A stretch of 64,000 bases of DNA from Bythopirellula sp. (GTDB taxonomy: Bacteria > Planctomycetota > Planctomycetia > Pirellulales > Lacipirellulaceae), in NCBI GenBank assembly GCA_965216565.1, contig OZ244170.1, forward strand, positions 4,640,001 to 4,704,000, given 5' to 3'. The position numbers and the translations under genes were made by a program. This document shows positions 49,621-59,873 of the stretch, piece after piece (the first letter of the stretch is position 1; every line of letters begins with the position of its first letter). Below the pieces are notes generated by a model. The model was not told the DNA's origin. It made no database searches and saw nothing but the letters and a program-made list of their open reading frames with translations.

Positions 49621-50535
49621 CTAGGCTGCTTGATTGGCGATCGCGGTTTCTTCCAGTGCGCAGACCGACAGCTTCATGCTGGTTGCGGCTTCCGAGAATT
49701 GTTTGCCATCCAATAGGATGGTGCGAGCCGCTTCGATGGCGAGCGTATTGCCGCCCGCGGTGGCAATTGATTCTAGAGTTTGCGGGCCGACGGTCGGCAC
49801 GTCGAAACGCATGTCTTGGTTGGGTTTGGCGACTTTCACCACCGTGAAACCGCCTCCCTTGCAGAGTTCGCCGGCGCGACGGATGCACGCATCGGTGCCT
49901 TCAATTGCCTCGACGGCGATCACCGCCTGGTTCTTTACACAAACAGTTTGGCCGACGTCCAACCCGCCCATTTGCCGGGCCAAATTCCAGCCGAAGGTGA
50001 CGTCTCGATGCTCTTTGTCGCTGAGCCGTCTTCCCGCAATATGGCCGGCGGGCACTAGTAATTCGGGAGCAAAGTTTGTGGCTGGCTCGAAGGTGATGCC
50101 ATCGCGGGCAAAAATGTCGACCACCGTTTGCAGCAGTGTATCGTCTTTGCGATCTTTCGTACCAGCTAGAAAATGGGGCGAGAAGGCACGCAGCGTTTTC
50201 CAGTCGGGACGATGTTTGAGCCACCAGCGTGGTTGAAACAACAGGACCTTATGCACTTTGCCCGCCATTGTAGCTTGGGAAACTCCCCACTGACGAAACA
50301 GTCGGACCGCCTTGCCAATGCCCCCGATACCGATCCAATCGAACTCGTCGCATAAATCGGCCAGTCGCGGTTCTGCGTGGTCGCGGATGCCGATTCCAAC
50401 CACGCGCCGGCCTTGTTTGCGCAATGCACAAGCGACGGCGAAGGGGAAGCTGCCCCAACCGGCTAAAAGCCCAATGGGCGGTTCCGGAGAGGAAGGCTGA
50501 TCGCTGGACGACTGTTTGCGGAATCTTTGGAACAT
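49621..50535 (-). CDS. lpxI: UDP-2,3-diacylglucosamine pyrophosphatase
   Basis: LDVGQTV, EAIEGTD, KPNQDMRFDVPTVG; follows lpxD. Confidence 0.92.
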   Translation of the reverse strand: MFQRFRKQSSSDQPSSPEPPIGLLAGWGSFPFAVACALRKQGRRVVGIGIRDHAEPRLADLCDEFDWIGIGGIGKAVRLFRQWGVSQATMAGKVHKVLLFQPRWWLKHRPDWKTLRAFSPHFLAGTKDRKDDTLLQTVVDIFARDGITFEPATNFAPELLVPAGHIAGRRLSDKEHRDVTFGWNLARQMGGLDVGQTVCVKNQAVIAVEAIEGTDACIRRAGELCKGGGFTVVKVAKPNQDMRFDVPTVGPQTLESIATAGGNTLAIEAARTILLDGKQFSEAATSMKLSVCALEETAIANQAA

Positions 50536-50553
50536 GTTGTTGCTTTGGTGGCT

Positions 50554-51609
50554 TTAAGCAGCTTGTTCGTTTTCGCCAGGTTTCTCTGCATCCTTCACCA
50601 GCTTGGCGACTTGCCTCTGGAGAGCGCGGAACTCGCGACGCATATCGGGGAGCTTGGAAATCGCAGCCATCTGAAGTTTTTGTTGCCGTAGTGGAGCGGC
50701 CGGCGAACCTAATACCATCTCGCCTTCTGGAACATCGTTGGGAACACCCGCTTTGGAGCAAAGCACAGCTCCGGTGCCAATGTGGACGTTGTCGCGAACA
50801 CCCACCTGCCCTGCCATCACCACATAATCCCCGGTGGTAGTGCTGCCGGCGATGCCGACCTGCGAGCAAATGAGGTTGTGCTTGCCAAGTCGGCAGTTGT
50901 GTGCGATTTGCACCAAGTTGTCGACCTTCGTGCCCGCACCAATAATCGTCGGTCCGTAAGTTCCTCGATCGATGGTTACGCAGGAGCCGATTTCGACATT
51001 CTCGTGGATTTCTACGTATCCCAATTGGGCCGAGAGTTGATGAGCACCCTCGACTTGGTTGTATCCAAAACCGTAGGCACCAATCACGGTACCCGAATGA
51101 ATGATCGAATTTGCGCCGACTTGTGTGTCTTCGTAGAGTACGACATTGGCAAACAGCGTGACGTTTTCGGCAATGACGCAGCCGGGCATGATTTTCGCGC
51201 CGGGATAAATCACCGTACCGCTGCCAATCGAAACATCATCCCCGATGTAAGCTTGCGGATGGATGTCGACGTCTGCCGCGATCTTGGCCGACTCGCTGAT
51301 TGTGGCCAGGGGGCTCAACCCCGGTCGAACGATCTCGCGACGAGGACGGAAATGTTGGACGATAGTTGAAAAGGCTTTGTGAACGTCCGCGACCACAATG
51401 GTGGGAATATCTTTCCATTCCACTTCTTCGGGAACAACAGCCGCTACAGCCGCTGACTCGGTAAGTTGCGACGCGCGTTCGATGCTGTCGGCTAGTGTGA
51501 TCTCTCCTGCGCGGGCCATTGCCAGCGTGGCGGCCCCTTTGATTTCTATTGATTCGCCGCGCAGCTGGCCACCCACCAATTCGGCAAGTTGGCTCAAGGA
51601 AGTCGCCAT
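50554..51609 (-). CDS. lpxD: UDP-3-O-acyl-glucosamine N-acyltransferase
   Basis: Hexapeptide repeats, GFGY, TIDRG, DNLVQIAHN. Confidence 0.95.
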   Translation of the reverse strand: MATSLSQLAELVGGQLRGESIEIKGAATLAMARAGEITLADSIERASQLTESAAVAAVVPEEVEWKDIPTIVVADVHKAFSTIVQHFRPRREIVRPGLSPLATISESAKIAADVDIHPQAYIGDDVSIGSGTVIYPGAKIMPGCVIAENVTLFANVVLYEDTQVGANSIIHSGTVIGAYGFGYNQVEGAHQLSAQLGYVEIHENVEIGSCVTIDRGTYGPTIIGAGTKVDNLVQIAHNCRLGKHNLICSQVGIAGSTTTGDYVVMAGQVGVRDNVHIGTGAVLCSKAGVPNDVPEGEMVLGSPAAPLRQQKLQMAAISKLPDMRREFRALQRQVAKLVKDAEKPGENEQAA

Positions 51610-51787
51610 CCCAGAATCCTTTCTATGTCCAGCACTATCGTGCTTTAACAATCCATTGCCAGCAGGGCTCGACGGAGAGGTCGCAAAATTGAGCCGAACT
51701 GGGCCCCGGATAGTACCTTGCCGGGGACATTTGCAACAAGAGCATTACTAGCAGAATCGTGCCGCTAGCAGTGTGCGGAAAACCATC

Positions 51788-52234
51788 TTAGCTTTGCTTC
51801 GAGCAGGAGGGATCTGCCCCAGCACTCGCTTGTCCCCGAACCAGATAGATCGCTTGTTCAAAGTGTTTTTGCAATTTGAGAAATGCTTGCAGATCACCGC
51901 CACGGTCGGGGTGCAAGTCTTTCACCCGTTCGCGATAAGCCGCCATCACCTCTTCCTCACTGCAAGGCATTCGCAGATCGAGAGCCGCCAGACAGCCGGG
52001 CTGTTCGCGCACCGCCCAATACGGCATGGTCTGAACTGAATGCGAGACGTAGACCATCGCCCGCCGCAACGATCGCAGATAGCGACGAAAATCGAGCACC
52101 ATCACCAGATAGCCCAACAGCGGCAACCCGATGATCACCCCCAGATAGAGCAGCGTCAGCGTACCATCCACCCCATCCGGCCACGGCGGAGCCTCGAGCG
52201 TTTCGGCAAACAGAAGTTGATAGCGTTGGTGCAT
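51788..52234 (-). CDS. Membrane-anchored J-domain protein
   Basis: TM helix, then AAYRERVKDLHPDRGGD. Confidence 0.8.
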   Translation of the reverse strand: MHQRYQLLFAETLEAPPWPDGVDGTLTLLYLGVIIGLPLLGYLVMVLDFRRYLRSLRRAMVYVSHSVQTMPYWAVREQPGCLAALDLRMPCSEEEVMAAYRERVKDLHPDRGGDLQAFLKLQKHFEQAIYLVRGQASAGADPSCSKQS

Positions 52235-52325
52235 GGGACGTTTCGCAATTGAAGAAAGCCTTAGCAATCACTGTGTACCATTATTCGAACGCTGTCCAGT
52301 CGCCAATGCTATTTGTGAACTATCG

Positions 52326-55300
52326 CTAAACCAGCGAAAATAGCTCGTCGAAGACAGAATCTTCGATTTGCGAGTGGGGACGATCTTGCTGCATCTGTTC
52401 CGTTGGATGCACCTGAGACACGGGATTGTGAACGTCTGCTCGAATTGATGCGTTGCTGATTGGACTCTGATTCGGAGGTATTTCCTCTACTCCTCCCCAT
52501 TCGGAAAACAAAGCTAGTCGAGGTTCTGCCGGGCTGCGGTCGTTTGCGGGGGCGGAAAGTAGATCAACAGCAAGAGCCAAATCAGGCAGGTAAGGCGTGA
52601 ATAGTGAAAGGCTGGCTGCGGTGATTGACGGACTTGGAGGATGTTCAGACGGTGATAGAGAATTCGAGATCTGCCAGGCGAGAAAATCGATTCCTGTGGT
52701 TAGGCCATCTTCATCGGCATCCGCTTCTTGGTTGGTGTTGTAGGATGCTTCCCAGCGATTCAGGTCGTCGGTGTCTGCAATTGCATTCCTATCGAAGTCT
52801 CCGGGCAGCCGTTGGAATTCAACTGCACCGATGTCGATGCGGTTTCTCGAAACTCGCTGGAATGGAAATCCACGTTGGTCGTGGGTGGGCGGAGGCTTAA
52901 AGTCTGGGTCGCCCGAATTGATTGCCGGACTGCCGGGTAGCAGGGCATGAGTTTTGGTCGGCCCGCCATTGTACTTTAGGGGACCGAGTAGAGGATCGAC
53001 TCCCACCAGATTGTTAGACCCCACATCGGGTGAGCCACCGTCGATAAATTGCCGTGCTTTGCCGAATAGGTTGTATTGGCCTAGGAACCTACCCCCCAGG
53101 TCTTCATAGACTCCGCTGCCGTCGGAATTACCAAACACAATGGAGTTGTTTATTGTGGCTCCCCCACCGACGCCACCCCCCCAACCAATCCTTGGCCCGC
53201 TTAGTGACGCTAAATTATGGGTGATCGTAGAATTTTCTATTCGTAGATTGGTGCTACCGCCATAGATAGCGCCACCGCTGCCACCAGTCCGATTTCCGCT
53301 GAAAGTACTTTGCTGAACTAAGACTTCTGCCGACCTTTCTGATGCAATTGCCCCACCGTCCCCGGCTCGATTCCCCTCGAACGTGCTGTTGTAGATGGCC
53401 GATTGAAATCCCTTGTCATCCTGAACAAAGATCGCTCCGCCTTGTCCACGTTTCATGGAATTGTTGACGAAATAGCTATCTTCAACGGTCAGATCTCCGT
53501 AGCTGACATAGATACCGCCTCCGTGCGAGAACGAGCGGTTGTCTTTAACAACGCTATTTCGAATAACAAGCTCACTACCGGCACCACTAATGATACGTCC
53601 CGTACCAAGGCCCGCACCATAGCCGGACCGATTGTTTTCAATGACCGAATTTGCCACGACTGTTTTCCCTCGGCGAACCAGTAGCCCACCACCGAGAAAC
53701 CGGGACCTGTTATCCACAAGATTGACATCAAGGAGCGTAAGGGTTTCTGTACTAATGATTCCACCTCCGTCACCAAGCGTATCTGCTCCCGTAATAGTAA
53801 GGCCTTCGATGTAAAACATTTCCTTGGTAAATGAATAGTCGTCGCCAAGTCTCATTACGCGGACACCTGCTCCGTCGTCGATCTCCGGAGTTGGGTCTAG
53901 CCCAGACGCATCAATGGTGAGAAGATCCGATCCCGGGCCAATCACGTTCGCGCTATCCGTAAGCCTAAGTGCAGACTTTCCGAAGTAGACAGGGGCGATT
54001 TCGCCAAGGATGGTTAGGACTATCGTTGCGGGTCCGTCCGAGAAGAGAATAGGATCGAAACGGATCGTGTCTTTCCCTAGATTGGCATTAGTCAATTTAA
54101 TCGCCTCGCGAAGCGAGAGATCGCCACGACGATAGTCGCCATCGGATTCGTCAACGAGCGTGTCGACCAGAAGATTCAAATCGCTAAGTTGCTGCACCTC
54201 GTAGGCACCAATGTCTATTCTGTTACTAAAAATACGATCAAACCCAGCGCCGCGCTGATCGAACTCCGGCACCCCGCCGACACCCACCTCGGCATTGAGA
54301 TCGCCTGCGTTGATGGCGGGACTGCCGGGCAAGAGGGCATGCGTTTTGGTCGGGCCACCGTTGTCTTCTAAGGGACCGAGCAACGGATCGATCGCGCCGT
54401 GGTCTGGTCCGCCGATAAGATTGCCGTTGGCATCGGGGGAACCGTCGGGGGCCTCGGCGATATTAAGGTCTCCCCGATCTCCTATGATTGAGCTATTTAG
54501 GGTCAGTAGAGACAAGGTCGATAGAAAGTCGGGGTGACCCTGGCTGTCTGAATTCTCAGCTACGATCGAGTGGCTTAATGTTAGGCGGTTGCTCGGTGAG
54601 TAAAATCCTCCGCCGAGCGTTGCCTCGTTGTCAGTGATGGTGCTATGCCGGATCTTTTGAGTACCAATCGCCCAAACGCCACCACCAACCTTTGCAGAGT
54701 TGTCTGAAATGGTGCTCTGCTTGAGCGTCAGGTTCGCACGCCCATAGACTCCCCCTCCCAGGCCACGCGAATGGTTTCCCGAAATTGTGCTATTTACGAT
54801 GGCCGTGTTTCCCGTTGTCCATATTCCGCCCCCATCGCCGACCGAAGAATTCCGAGTGAGTGAGGAATCTTCAATGATCGTAGTGCCACTTGCATAAATG
54901 CCTCCCCCTTCAGAGACGCGCGTAATGTTGTTGAAGATTTGGCTGTTGAAGATATTGAGTGTTCCCGTGGCAGAGACTCCCCCGCCGCGATAGCCGACAG
55001 AGTTGTCGTAGATCGCAACGCTATCGAGCGTAAGTGATTCGCTAACCGAGCGAATAGCACCGCCCTCGTTTTCTGAGAAGTGTCCCCCTACATCCCCGCC
55101 GGTAAGGCTCACACCGGAAATGAGCACATCCAGGACGTTACTCACATCGCGATCGTTGACATGAAATACTCTTGTTCCTGAACTGTTGTTGATGTCGGGC
55201 GACGGATCATTCCCGCTGGCGTCTATCCTGAGTAGCTCCGCACCCGGGCCAGAGATCGTGAGCGAATCGGTAATCTGCAGCTCGCCTTGAGTAAGCAGAA

Positions 55301-55532
55301 TTGTTTCCGGACCGTCATGCCCAAAGTCGAAAACAATTTCATCAGCTCCTGGCACCGTATTCGTGACAAAGATCGCCTCGCGTAGCGAAGTCACTCCGTC
55401 ATTGATGTTTACTAGATCTAGATTCGTGGTAACGGTGACCACAGCCAGCATGCGCCGTTCCTCCAACCGTTCGCAGTGCAAAGCTCGTTGCATTAAGGGG
55501 CTTTGTTTAGGAGAGGTTCGAGGTGCGCTCAT
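52326..55532 (-). CDS. Large beta-helix surface protein (CSLREA / choice-of-anchor Q type)
   Basis: ERLEERRMLA leader, two SLREAI, GGG repeats, two NGGPTKTHALLPGSPAIN...DIGA.E, dockerin-like end. Confidence 0.85.
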   Translation of the reverse strand: MSAPRTSPKQSPLMQRALHCERLEERRMLAVVTVTTNLDLVNINDGVTSLREAIFVTNTVPGADEIVFDFGHDGPETILLTQGELQITDSLTISGPGAELLRIDASGNDPSPDINNSSGTRVFHVNDRDVSNVLDVLISGVSLTGGDVGGHFSENEGGAIRSVSESLTLDSVAIYDNSVGYRGGGVSATGTLNIFNSQIFNNITRVSEGGGIYASGTTIIEDSSLTRNSSVGDGGGIWTTGNTAIVNSTISGNHSRGLGGGVYGRANLTLKQSTISDNSAKVGGGVWAIGTQKIRHSTITDNEATLGGGFYSPSNRLTLSHSIVAENSDSQGHPDFLSTLSLLTLNSSIIGDRGDLNIAEAPDGSPDANGNLIGGPDHGAIDPLLGPLEDNGGPTKTHALLPGSPAINAGDLNAEVGVGGVPEFDQRGAGFDRIFSNRIDIGAYEVQQLSDLNLLVDTLVDESDGDYRRGDLSLREAIKLTNANLGKDTIRFDPILFSDGPATIVLTILGEIAPVYFGKSALRLTDSANVIGPGSDLLTIDASGLDPTPEIDDGAGVRVMRLGDDYSFTKEMFYIEGLTITGADTLGDGGGIISTETLTLLDVNLVDNRSRFLGGGLLVRRGKTVVANSVIENNRSGYGAGLGTGRIISGAGSELVIRNSVVKDNRSFSHGGGIYVSYGDLTVEDSYFVNNSMKRGQGGAIFVQDDKGFQSAIYNSTFEGNRAGDGGAIASERSAEVLVQQSTFSGNRTGGSGGAIYGGSTNLRIENSTITHNLASLSGPRIGWGGGVGGGATINNSIVFGNSDGSGVYEDLGGRFLGQYNLFGKARQFIDGGSPDVGSNNLVGVDPLLGPLKYNGGPTKTHALLPGSPAINSGDPDFKPPPTHDQRGFPFQRVSRNRIDIGAVEFQRLPGDFDRNAIADTDDLNRWEASYNTNQEADADEDGLTTGIDFLAWQISNSLSPSEHPPSPSITAASLSLFTPYLPDLALAVDLLSAPANDRSPAEPRLALFSEWGGVEEIPPNQSPISNASIRADVHNPVSQVHPTEQMQQDRPHSQIEDSVFDELFSLV

Positions 55533-55679
55533 CGGGGCCTTATAGTCGGTGAAGAGTCCCCAGCGAAAAGCTGGGTGAATAGCAGTTCCGGTTGCCTAGA
55601 TTCGACGTGACTGATCCTATATAAAAGTTGTTGGGTAAGTCAAATTTAATTCGATAGCGGAAGTCATGAGGAGCAAATA

Positions 55680-56285
55680 ATGAAAACGGTTACACGCGTC
55701 CTGATACTCTTGCTACTCATTTCGACCTCACCTGGATTCGCAGTTGAAAAAGAGGAAGCCAAGCCGACCAAGAAAAAACCAGTTAATCTAAAAGTTGGTG
55801 ACAAAGCCCCGTTGTTTTCTGGCATCGACGACAATAATAAGCCCTGGAAAACGGACAAACTGAAGGGCAAGAAAATTCTGGTTGTTTATTTCTATCCTGC
55901 TGACATGACGCCCGGTTGCACGAAGCAGGCCTGCACTTACCGCGATGAGCTTCCTAAGCTGAAACGCAAAGATGTGGTAATTGTTGGCGTGAGCGGTGAC
56001 AAGGTGGAAAATCATAAGCACTTTCGCGATGAGTACAAACTCAATTTTCCGCTCTTGGCCGATCCCAATGGTGTGATTGCCAAGGCGTTTGGGGTGAAGA
56101 CCTCAGACGGAGGTAAGTTCAAGCGCGAGCTGGACGGCAAAGAGATTCTCTTTGAACGCGGCATCACCGCTAAACGTTGGACCTTTGTCATCGACAAAGA
56201 CTGGAAGATTGCTTACGTCGATAAGAAAGTGAACCCGATCAAAGACACGGCAAACGTCTTTCAGGTCATCAAGAAATTACCTTAG
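55680..56285 (+). CDS. Peroxiredoxin (BCP-like) with signal peptide
   Basis: YFYPADMTPGCTKQAC. Confidence 0.9.
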   Translation: MKTVTRVLILLLLISTSPGFAVEKEEAKPTKKKPVNLKVGDKAPLFSGIDDNNKPWKTDKLKGKKILVVYFYPADMTPGCTKQACTYRDELPKLKRKDVVIVGVSGDKVENHKHFRDEYKLNFPLLADPNGVIAKAFGVKTSDGGKFKRELDGKEILFERGITAKRWTFVIDKDWKIAYVDKKVNPIKDTANVFQVIKKLP

Positions 56286-57204
56286 GTTCGATTGGCCGCG
56301 TCGCGGTAGAGATTTCAGGCGTCGGCGTGGCAGTAGGTTTTCTCAGAGGCTTGAAGGCACCAATCGCGCGGGCTAGCGCACGATCGATTAGTCGAGGAAG
56401 CACTACCAATTTGGCCAGTTGCATTCCCCAGGCATCGTAACCCACCAGATAGTGAGGGCGTGGCCACTGCGCGCGGAGCGCCTTGAGCACCGTGACAGCC
56501 ACCATATCTGGAGTGGTCGAAGACTTGGCACCGCGATCATTGAATTCGCCGGCTCGTTGATACATCACTTCGTAGCCGCTGCGCAGTTCCATGGGGATCT
56601 GCCGAATTCGTGAGTTTAAGATCTTGCGGGCCTTCGTGAAAATCGAAGTGCGCACCTGGCCGGGGCGGACGATCACCACCGGGATTTGCCAGGGGCGGAG
56701 TTCGACTCGTAGAGTATCGGAAAGCGCCTCCAAAGCGAACTTGCTGGCAGAGTAGGCTCCCACCATGGGCAAAGCGAGAGTGCCGTTCATGCTGGACATA
56801 TTCACAATCCTGCCAGCACCCTTGCGCAAGAGCGGCAAGCAAGATTGGATCATCCGCAGGGGAGCGAGCGTATTCACTTCGAGCAGATTGCGGACTTCGT
56901 CGATGCTGGAGAGTTCGACCGCTGCGGGGAGCCCTGCGCCGGCGTTGTTCACCAAGGCGTATAGTCCATCCGGGCACGATTCGTTGAGTTCGTCGACAAC
57001 TCGAGCCACACTTTGCTCGTCGGTGACATCGAGAAGCACTGTTTGCAATTGCGATAGCCCCAATTCGCGGAGGCTAGTCGCATCGTCCTCCTGGCGAACT
57101 GTTGCCAGGACGCGGTAGCCATTCTCTGCCAATTTAACGGCGATCGCCCGGCCGATGCCCGAAGAGCAGCCAGTGACCAGTACGGTACGTAGGTTCTCTG
57201 TCAT
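56269..57204 (-). CDS. SDR family oxidoreductase
   Basis: TGCSSGIG, NNAG, YSASK. Confidence 0.93.
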   Translation of the reverse strand: MTENLRTVLVTGCSSGIGRAIAVKLAENGYRVLATVRQEDDATSLRELGLSQLQTVLLDVTDEQSVARVVDELNESCPDGLYALVNNAGAGLPAAVELSSIDEVRNLLEVNTLAPLRMIQSCLPLLRKGAGRIVNMSSMNGTLALPMVGAYSASKFALEALSDTLRVELRPWQIPVVIVRPGQVRTSIFTKARKILNSRIRQIPMELRSGYEVMYQRAGEFNDRGAKSSTTPDMVAVTVLKALRAQWPRPHYLVGYDAWGMQLAKLVVLPRLIDRALARAIGAFKPLRKPTATPTPEISTATRPIEPKVIS

Positions 57205-57429
57205 CTGTCCCGCCTTCCCTGCCAGGGCAGGTTGTTGTAACCAGGTGCGAGCTGGTGCTCGTCCCCCACTACTGGCAAATCATACCAGATAGACCGGTGT
57301 TCTGGCGACCTGCTGCGCTGCAGACTGCTTTTTGAGCAATCCGAAGTGGCCCGCTGCGGTATGGATTCGCCGGAAAAATAGGGTAGCCGTCACTTTTCAT
57401 CGTGCTTGTTGAAAGCTAATCTGACTTGC

Positions 57430-58476
57430 ATGAATACCATGTACAAAAAGTTGCTCTGCGTCGGTCTGCTTTCTGCCATCACTTTCTCCGGCACGTGGCT
57501 GGACAGGAAATCGCTTGCCAAAGAAGCGGCAACCCTAGCGACGGCGGATGCCGATTTCGACCAGTCCCAGATCGCGCCGCTTCTGGATAAACCACTGTAC
57601 GAATTCTCTGAGCAGGAAGTAGATCTTTACTTAAAATACCTCCAAGCTACAGAACCAGACCTGCGCAAACGCATCCTGCACTTGGCCCGCAAAAACATTG
57701 GCCAGCCCTACGAGCTTTATCTGCTGGGAGAAATGCCGTTTGAACACTACGATCCGCAGCCAATTTATTGCCTGGGAAAAAGTGATTGCCTGGTCTATAG
57801 CGAGCATACCTACGCGATGGCCTTGTCCGACGATTGGCCTGGCTTCATGAAACTGCTGCAGCGAATCCGCTATCGCGACGGGCAAATTGGAGTTGCGACC
57901 CGCAATCACTATACCGAGCCGGATTGGAATCCTTCGAATCGCTGGTTGGTGCAGGACGTCACCGAGGAACTTGCCGGCGAGAATGTGTTGTATTACGAGC
58001 AGAGAATCGATCGCCAAGGGTTTTTGAAAAAGCGTTACGAGTTGGAGACGGAGATTCCCGTCGAGACGCACCGCGATTCTTTCGTGCCGATTGAGCATCT
58101 CGATCAAGTAAAACCCCATCTCAAGTCGGGCGATTTTGTGAATATCGTGCGTGGCCGACCTGCCAAAGAATCGGGTTCGGGGCAAGAGTTTCGCGGCAGT
58201 GCGTGGGTGGGGCATGTGGGCTTGATTGCTCTTGGGCCCGACGGCAAGGTGAATCTAATTCATTCGGCCCGGCCCAAAGTGCGCGAGCAACCGTTGGACG
58301 AATATGTCACGCAGTCGCTCGCAGGAATCGACAAGCCGGAGAAAGCCGGCAAGCCGAGGCTTTTGGGATTTAAGTTCCTGCGGCTGCAAGACGACCCGCT
58401 GGCAAATTTGCGAAAGATCGACGGCCCCCAGGCACCGGTGGTGAAGCTGCCGGGTGGAAAATCACAGCTACCCTAG
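57430..58476 (+). CDS. DUF1460-type NlpC/P60 amidase-like protein
   Basis: GQPY...LGE, SDC, RNHY, GHVG, IHS. Confidence 0.75.
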   Translation: MNTMYKKLLCVGLLSAITFSGTWLDRKSLAKEAATLATADADFDQSQIAPLLDKPLYEFSEQEVDLYLKYLQATEPDLRKRILHLARKNIGQPYELYLLGEMPFEHYDPQPIYCLGKSDCLVYSEHTYAMALSDDWPGFMKLLQRIRYRDGQIGVATRNHYTEPDWNPSNRWLVQDVTEELAGENVLYYEQRIDRQGFLKKRYELETEIPVETHRDSFVPIEHLDQVKPHLKSGDFVNIVRGRPAKESGSGQEFRGSAWVGHVGLIALGPDGKVNLIHSARPKVREQPLDEYVTQSLAGIDKPEKAGKPRLLGFKFLRLQDDPLANLRKIDGPQAPVVKLPGGKSQLP

Positions 58477-58577
58477 CAATTGAGGAAGAATAACTTCCGT
58501 ATTTCATACTCCCCTCACCGTGCCCTCTCCCCAAAGGGGCGAGGAGCTGAGGAGAAGTTATTCTTCCTCAATTGCTA
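58474..58577 (+). repeat. MITE-like 104-bp element with perfect 24-bp IR
   Basis: tagcaattgaggaagaataacttc ... gaagttattcttcctcaattgcta around a REP-like core. Confidence 0.85.
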
Positions 58578-58590
58578 ACTGCGAGTCCAC

Positions 58591-59724
58591 TCACTTCTGA
58601 TCCGAGCGCAAATCCTTTGGCACCTTGGCCAGCGCTTCATCACCCAGGACGTAAGAGCGGCCGATCAACTCGATATCGTGATTGATCAAGTCGGGGAATA
58701 GACTGCCGATGAGTAGTTCTACCGCGAAGATTTCTTGCACGGCATCCTCGAATCGGCAGAACGCGACGGTCTCTCCTGTCTCAATATTCAGTACCCACAC
58801 GCCGCAGGTACGTTCTTCGAGCCTTTCCACCAGTGGAATTCCGCTGAATACGGCTGACTCGCGGACTTGCGATAAGCCTACGAAGGCGAGCGGACCGAGG
58901 AAACTCATTCCCCGCGTAAATCCGGGTAGCTGGGCGACTTCGTGGTACTTACCCGACTGCAAATCTATCGTGCCGACGCCGCCGTTGCCAGACTCTAGCA
59001 CCCACAGTTGGTCGCGGTACCAACGGGGCGAATGTGGCATGGAAAGTCCGCGCGTGATGATTTCGTTGGATTGCACATCGATCAGAATTCCGCCATCACG
59101 TTTGTTTTCGCGCCAACCGCCCGGGGTGTTTGTTTCGCCCAGGGCCGTCACGTATTTGATCTGGCCATCGCGGACGGCGAGACCATTCAGATGGCAAAGA
59201 TCGCCTGGCATTAACTCAGTGATGAAACTCGGCTGCCAGCGTGGTTCGAAGCTGTTGATCTCACTGCGGGTTGCCAGACAACTAAACGCTGTGTTCACAA
59301 ACCAAAGCTCCTCGCCAATCCAAGTCATCTCGTGAATCTGCATGTCACCGGTGGTATGACTTCGCCGTGGCATGAAGCAGGCGTCGTGGTGGACGTCCAT
59401 TTCTTTGTATTCATCCGATTCATCCAGCTTCGTGCACACCGCCGGAATGTTGTGGAACTCCCAAACATCGATGTGACAGCCCACGGCCAGTTTGCCATTC
59501 TGCTCGGCGAGGCCCATCGGCTTTAGAAAGTTGCGGAAATGGGTGTTCAGCACGCCCTTATCATTCCGCAGTACGACGAGTTTCCCCGCCTGATACGTCG
59601 TGACCAACAGCGAACAACGACCCTGCTCCAGAATCTGCGGCAAGTTCGAAGTGTGCACGCTCCGCAAGGGAGGATCCACGGGAGGAGCTTCAGCCGTTTC
59701 GTTGTCGGGAGGAGTGTCGGACAT
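58591..59724 (-). CDS. TIGR03032/DUF4915-like beta-propeller protein
   Basis: TTYQAGK, IHEM, CHLNGLA, LSMPHSPRW, PGFTRG. Confidence 0.8.
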   Translation of the reverse strand: MSDTPPDNETAEAPPVDPPLRSVHTSNLPQILEQGRCSLLVTTYQAGKLVVLRNDKGVLNTHFRNFLKPMGLAEQNGKLAVGCHIDVWEFHNIPAVCTKLDESDEYKEMDVHHDACFMPRRSHTTGDMQIHEMTWIGEELWFVNTAFSCLATRSEINSFEPRWQPSFITELMPGDLCHLNGLAVRDGQIKYVTALGETNTPGGWRENKRDGGILIDVQSNEIITRGLSMPHSPRWYRDQLWVLESGNGGVGTIDLQSGKYHEVAQLPGFTRGMSFLGPLAFVGLSQVRESAVFSGIPLVERLEERTCGVWVLNIETGETVAFCRFEDAVQEIFAVELLIGSLFPDLINHDIELIGRSYVLGDEALAKVPKDLRSDQK

Positions 59725-59725
59725 G

Positions 59726-59873
59726 GAAGTTTGAAGTTTGAGTGTTGAAGTTTGAAGTCGCAGGTTCGGGCTGCAAACGGGGCACTACGGTCAAAACAAG
59801 TTTACATTCTTCGGACCGAGCAAACGCTGAAAATCAATAAACTTCTACATTCAACCTTCATAATTCAATCTTC
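59726..59873. repeat. Two inverted arrays of degenerate heptamers
   Basis: About 5 gaagttt-like units at 59726-59760 and about 5 nnnnttc units at 59839-59873. Confidence 0.65.

Noticed and set aside
51751..51764. Sigma-54 promoter upstream of lpxD
   Set aside because: GG-to-GC spacing is 9, not the required 10.
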